A stretch of 64,000 nucleotides of DNA from positions 96,001 to 160,000 of the forward strand of contig CAXXSM010000132.1 of the NCBI GenBank assembly GCA_963663405.2, written 5' to 3'. Positions 60,157 to 64,000 of the stretch are shown here, piece after piece. How positions within the stretch are numbered: position 1 is the stretch's first letter; each line of letters opens with the position of its first letter. The notes beneath the pieces were generated by a model, which worked only from the letters and a program-made list of their open reading frames with translations, did not search any database and was not told where the DNA came from. The stretch is from a bacterium. Lineage in GTDB: Bacteria > Hinthialibacterota > Hinthialibacteria > Hinthialibacterales > Hinthialibacteraceae. The translations under genes and the position numbers were made by a program.

Positions 60157-60301
60157 TGATAATCCCAAATAATAATGTTCATTCGTCAAATAAGTAGTTA
60201 TCATGTACTCTCATGAAAACCATATCGCTTATGATCGCAATACAGTCGGTTACAGTCATTACGCTGACCTATGCGCTCTGGAATTATGAAAGTAAAATAA
60301 C

Positions 60302-60330
60302 TTGAAATATAGAACTAGGTTCTATATAAT
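60302..60330 (+). promoter_or_regulatory. Sigma70 promoter with a 9-bp inverted-repeat operator
   Basis: TTGAAA, 17 nt, TATAAT; atatagaac-tag-gttctatat. Confidence 0.75.
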
Positions 60331-60347
60331 ATATAAAGACTGGGTAA

Positions 60348-60743
60348 ATGAAGCAAGCAAGAATTAAGATATATAAGAATAAATGGTTTGTTAAATTTGC
60401 CAGAAAAGAAGGCATAAGTGATGTCCAGCTGTGCCAAGTGGTTAAAGAGGTAGAGGCGGGGAAAATTGATGCGGATTATGGTGGTGGAGTGATCAAACAA
60501 AGGATTTCCCGCCCCAACGAAGGCAAATCTGGGGGATATCGCTCGATCATTCTTTATCGCCGGGGAAATAGAGCATTTTTTGTGTACGGATTTTCTAAGA
60601 GCAAACGGAATAATATAAGTGAAGCAGAAAAGCGAGAGTTCAAAGAATTGGCAAGGATTACTTTCTCCCTGCCGGAATCCGCTTTAATGAAACTTATCAA
60701 AGCAGGAGTCTATCAGGAGGCGCAGTGTGATGGCGAAGAGTAA
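60348..60743 (+). CDS. RelE/HigB-2-like toxin (DUF1044 type)
   Basis: KNKWFVKFARKEGI, DADYGGGVIKQRI, GKSGGYR, FFVYGFSK. Confidence 0.9.
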   Translation: MKQARIKIYKNKWFVKFARKEGISDVQLCQVVKEVEAGKIDADYGGGVIKQRISRPNEGKSGGYRSIILYRRGNRAFFVYGFSKSKRNNISEAEKREFKELARITFSLPESALMKLIKAGVYQEAQCDGEE

Positions 60744-61053
60744 AACCTACAAAAGCGATGCGTTCGCGGCGATTCACGAAACCGTCTCTGATATGTATGC
60801 CGCGGGTGTCATTGATAAACAAACCATGCGGCGTTTTGATGATTCCTGCCTGACGCCTATTCAGGAATTCACGCCGGAAGAAATACGATCGTTGCGGGAA
60901 CGGGAACAAGTCAGCCAATCCGTCTTTGCTCACCACCTGAACATTTCCAAAGAGTCCGTCAGTCAATGGGAACGAGGCGAAAAAAAACCGAGTGGGACAT
61001 CATTGAAACTGCTCTCACTAATCGCTCGTAAGGGGCTTGCGTCCATCGCATAA
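60730..61053 (+). CDS. XRE HTH antitoxin (HigA-2-like)
   Basis: AAIHET..IDKQTMRRFD..SQSVFA..QWERGEKKPSG. Confidence 0.9.
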   Translation: MAKSKTYKSDAFAAIHETVSDMYAAGVIDKQTMRRFDDSCLTPIQEFTPEEIRSLREREQVSQSVFAHHLNISKESVSQWERGEKKPSGTSLKLLSLIARKGLASIA

Positions 61054-61098
61054 AAATTACCTGCCATAATTTGACTCTAACATCGATGGAACTATAAC

Positions 61099-62637
61099 TC
61101 ACTCCCACTCAATCGTACTGGGTGGCTTTGACGAAATATCATACACCACCCGGTTTACGCCTCTTACCTCATTGATGATCCGGTTCGCCATGCGGCGGAG
61201 GACGTCTCCTGGCATTGGGTACCAGTCGGCGGTCATGTAGTCGGTGGTCTGCACGGCGCGTAGAGCGATAACTTGTTCGTATGTCCGGCTGTCGCCCATG
61301 ACACCTACGGATCGGACGGGTAATAGGACCGCGAATGCCTGACCGATTTCCCGGTAGAGTCCGGACTTGCGAATCTCATCCATATAGATGACATCCGCCT
61401 GACGCAGGATATCCAGCCGTTCGCGCGTTACATCGCCGAGGATGCGAATCGCCAATCCCGGACCGGGGAATGGATGCCGGTAGACGCTCTCTTCGTCCAA
61501 TCCCAGCGCCAATCCCAGTTCCCGCACTTCATCTTTAAAGAGTTCCCGCAGTGGTTCGATTAATTGCAACTGCATCTTTTCCAACAGCCCACCGACGTTG
61601 TGGTGGGTTTTAATCGTCGCTGATGGGCCTTTGAATGAGACCGACTCGATGACATCCGGATACAATGTGCCCTGCAGCAGAAATTGCGCGTCGTTGAGTT
61701 TCTCCGCTTCCTGCTCGAACACTTCAATGAATGTATTTCCAATAATCTTCCGTTTTTTCTCCGGATCGGTGACGTCTTTGAGTCGATCTAGGAAGAGATC
61801 GCTCGCGTCGACGCAGGTGAGATTGATTCCCATCCGATCCCGCAGGCGGCTCATGACCTGCTGGGCCTCATTCATCCGCAATAAGCCGTTATCCACCAAA
61901 AACGCATGGAATTGATCGCCGATGGCGCGTTTCATCAATACCGCCGCCACGGTTGAATCGACTCCACCGCTCACCGCTCCGATGACGGTATTGTTTCCCA
62001 CCTTCGCCCGCACGTTCTCTATCGCTTCTTCTACAAACGAACCCATCGACCAATCCGCCCGGCATTCACAGATGGAAAGCGTGAAATTCCGCAGGATCTC
62101 TTTCCCCAGCGGTGTATGGCTTACTTCCGGGTGAAACTGGATACCGTAAATCTTCCGTTTCAGATCCGCGATGGCGGCGTGTTCGGAATTGGAGGTTCGC
62201 GCCGTGTCGATAAATCCATCGGGCAGGCTCAGCACTTTATCCCCATGACTCATCCAAACCTGGCAGGTTTCAGGGAGATTCGAAAAGAGAGGATTCTCTT
62301 GCGAAACATGGAGATCCGCGTGTCCATACTCGCGCCGTTCGCTGGACGCGACCTGGCCCCCAAACGCCTGCGTCAGTTCCTGCAGTCCATAACAGATCCC
62401 CAACAATGGAACCTCCATTTCCCACAGTGCATCACAAGCATGAGGCGCGTCCGCATCGTACACGGAGCTGGGGCCGCCGGAGAGGATCACGCCTTTTGGA
62501 TCAAACGCCCGGATCGCCTCCGCCTCCAGCGTGCAGGGATGCAGTTCGCAATACACCCCCAATTCCCGAATCCGCCGGGCGATAAGATGGCTGTACTGCG
62601 AACCAAAATCAAGAATCAAAATTCGATCGTGCCGCAT
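61099..62637 (-). CDS. guaA: GMP synthase (glutamine-hydrolysing)
   Basis: [44 protein letters not shown]. Confidence 0.99.
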   Translation of the reverse strand: MRHDRILILDFGSQYSHLIARRIRELGVYCELHPCTLEAEAIRAFDPKGVILSGGPSSVYDADAPHACDALWEMEVPLLGICYGLQELTQAFGGQVASSERREYGHADLHVSQENPLFSNLPETCQVWMSHGDKVLSLPDGFIDTARTSNSEHAAIADLKRKIYGIQFHPEVSHTPLGKEILRNFTLSICECRADWSMGSFVEEAIENVRAKVGNNTVIGAVSGGVDSTVAAVLMKRAIGDQFHAFLVDNGLLRMNEAQQVMSRLRDRMGINLTCVDASDLFLDRLKDVTDPEKKRKIIGNTFIEVFEQEAEKLNDAQFLLQGTLYPDVIESVSFKGPSATIKTHHNVGGLLEKMQLQLIEPLRELFKDEVRELGLALGLDEESVYRHPFPGPGLAIRILGDVTRERLDILRQADVIYMDEIRKSGLYREIGQAFAVLLPVRSVGVMGDSRTYEQVIALRAVQTTDYMTADWYPMPGDVLRRMANRIINEVRGVNRVVYDISSKPPSTIEWE

Positions 62638-62824
62638 AGGAGTATCCTTTATCTTCAAACAAATGCGTTAGCAAAAAGCAGGGAAATGTAGACTGAAACG
62701 CATGGTATCATTTCAGTATTTAATACAGTATAGCGAGTGGCAAGGGCAAGAACTGGCGCCTACGCTAAAGCCTTTACTTTTTTAGCGAAGAATAGCCCAC
62801 TTGCGGAACTTCTCTAAAGAAAAA

Positions 62825-63166
62825 TTATTGCTCAAGAATTTGAACCGTTTCTTTCTCATCTTTACCGAGTAAATAGAATACTACAAATTTTGCGGGCGCT
62901 TCGGTGTCATTATCAAACTTGGCGACTCTCACATTCATAGGCTCGTAAAACGCCTCGCCTGTCTTGAGTTGTTGTATGGGTTGGCTTTCGATTTGAAATG
63001 AAATGACGCCTTCGGTAATGACGCCGACGGTTGGACACGGATGAAGATGTAAAGGCGCCTTTGCGCCTGGTCCCATGGTTATTTCCTGAATCTTAACGGT
63101 TGAAATGGATTTCGCTGGATCGATCAGTGCGTTTAATAATTCTTTTCTCATTATCGGTGTATTCAT
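62825..63166 (-). CDS. Cupin-domain protein
   Basis: APLHLHPCP..EG..GEAFYEP. Confidence 0.85.
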   Translation of the reverse strand: MNTPIMRKELLNALIDPAKSISTVKIQEITMGPGAKAPLHLHPCPTVGVITEGVISFQIESQPIQQLKTGEAFYEPMNVRVAKFDNDTEAPAKFVVFYLLGKDEKETVQILEQ

Positions 63167-63300
63167 CAGCTTTATTATCTCCTGCGTGTTTTCTTCTTGT
63201 CATCGTATTCCATTACATTCATTGTAGTCTTATGAATAGGATTTACGCCGCTAATTTGGGGTGTTATGGATTGGATGTGTATGAAATGGTTGTTGCTTAT

Positions 63301-63388
63301 TGTCTGAACCTTGATTTACTTGATTCGCTTGATTTTCATGATTTTTAAATCATGGTAATCCTTTAATCCTTAGAATCAGGGTTCAGAC
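63301..63388. repeat. Inverted-repeat element with 9-nt TGATT/AATC periodicity
   Basis: gtctgaaccttgatt ... aatcagggttcagac; tgatt at 63312, 63321, 63330, 63339; aatc at 63348, 63357, 63365, 63374. Confidence 0.8.
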
Positions 63389-63506
63389 GATTACGCCATT
63401 CTGAACAAAGATCGCAATTTTCCAAATAATTTTTTATACTCAATGACCGGATGAACCTAAAAATGTAGATGGTTTTGGAAGGTTGTGAATGATTGCTATC
63501 CGTTCT

Positions 63507-63540
63507 GATGGGCTACGCTGCGCTTTTAACCCATCCTACG
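63507..63540 (-). repeat. GTAG-type REP-like hairpin
   Basis: Minus strand cGTAGgatgggttaaaagcgcagcgtagcccatc: GTAG foot plus gatggg/cccatc stem. Confidence 0.65.
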
Positions 63541-63565
63541 AGACTCCAGCGCTATGTTAAGCGGA

Positions 63566-64000
63566 TCAACTTTTAGTTGAATTTACCTCTATTTCGACCA
63601 TTTCATTGTTCACATCAAATCCAGCGTCTTTGAGCTGGAGAGAAAAGGTTAAATTCATAATACGTCCATTGTTATGAAACAACTCTGGATGAAAATAAGA
63701 ACAGTAAACGAGTTCAACTTTTTTGTCTTGTCTGTACTCAGGGACGGTAATAGCAAAAGCCCGCTCCCATGGCCCAAATGTATTTTCCGCGGTAAAGAAA
63801 CGAATTTCACGTGGTTGGAAGAAATCACTTGAAGAAGCTAAAATGTATTTCTTGAGATAGTCATTCCAGATAATCGATACCTGACCATATATGCCCGGCA
63901 GAAATAATATCTCTTTGTTTTTATCCTGAGTGAACGTGGGTTCCGGTCCACAGTAAAACTGATATTCATCAGGATTTTCAATCTCTGCGGGACGCGCCCT
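63566..64000 (-). CDS. 3' part of a probable DUF4185-like beta-propeller protein (5' end beyond window)
   Basis: Open frame translated by hand: YQFYCG..QVSIIWNDYLKKYI..TAENTFGPW..VYCSYFHPEL, stop at 63566; absent from the ORF track. Confidence 0.6.
   Translation of the reverse strand, partial: RARPAEIENPDEYQFYCGPEPTFTQDKNKEILFLPGIYGQVSIIWNDYLKKYILASSSDFFQPREIRFFTAENTFGPWERAFAITVPEYRQDKKVELVYCSYFHPELFHNNGRIMNLTFSLQLKDAGFDVNNEMVEIEVNSTKS

Noticed and set aside
84-62691. Numerous short antisense or overlapping ORFs in the six-frame track
   Set aside because: They shadow well-supported genes on the other strand or frame and carry no recognisable motifs.
63984-64000. REP-like GCGGGACGCGCCCT at the window end
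   Set aside because: It lies inside the open minus-strand reading frame (RARPAE).

Overview
Bacterial chromosomal segment of moderate GC with AT-rich intergenic stretches, from an uncultured-looking lineage. The near-identical prepilin genes, long GreA and a C-terminal V-x-x-W-x-L-F tail resemble candidate phyla such as Hinthialibacterota/Sumerlaeota; this is a low-confidence impression. Housekeeping content: greA, fliW-csrA, bioD-bioA, hemW-lepB-coaX, topA, scpA-scpB-rluB and guaA. Accessory content: two large hybrid histidine kinases, three pilin-like genes, a BlaI/M56 pair, a DUF1998 helicase, a GH116-like enzyme and three toxin-antitoxin (TA) clusters with several orphan antitoxins. About 21.5-31.5 kb has many single-base frameshifts that most likely reflect assembly errors. 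The most unusual structure is at 22675-23553: a lone four-helix-bundle (23S-IVP/Avd-like) gene between two co-oriented genes. It is bracketed by inverted ~35-40 bp repeats built from 7-nt units, with a three-copy tandem array at its 5' end and a 35-bp identical solo copy 15 kb away (38255). No CRISPR array, rRNA, tRNA, transposase, integrase or reverse transcriptase was recognised. All calls are by eye; no database search was run.
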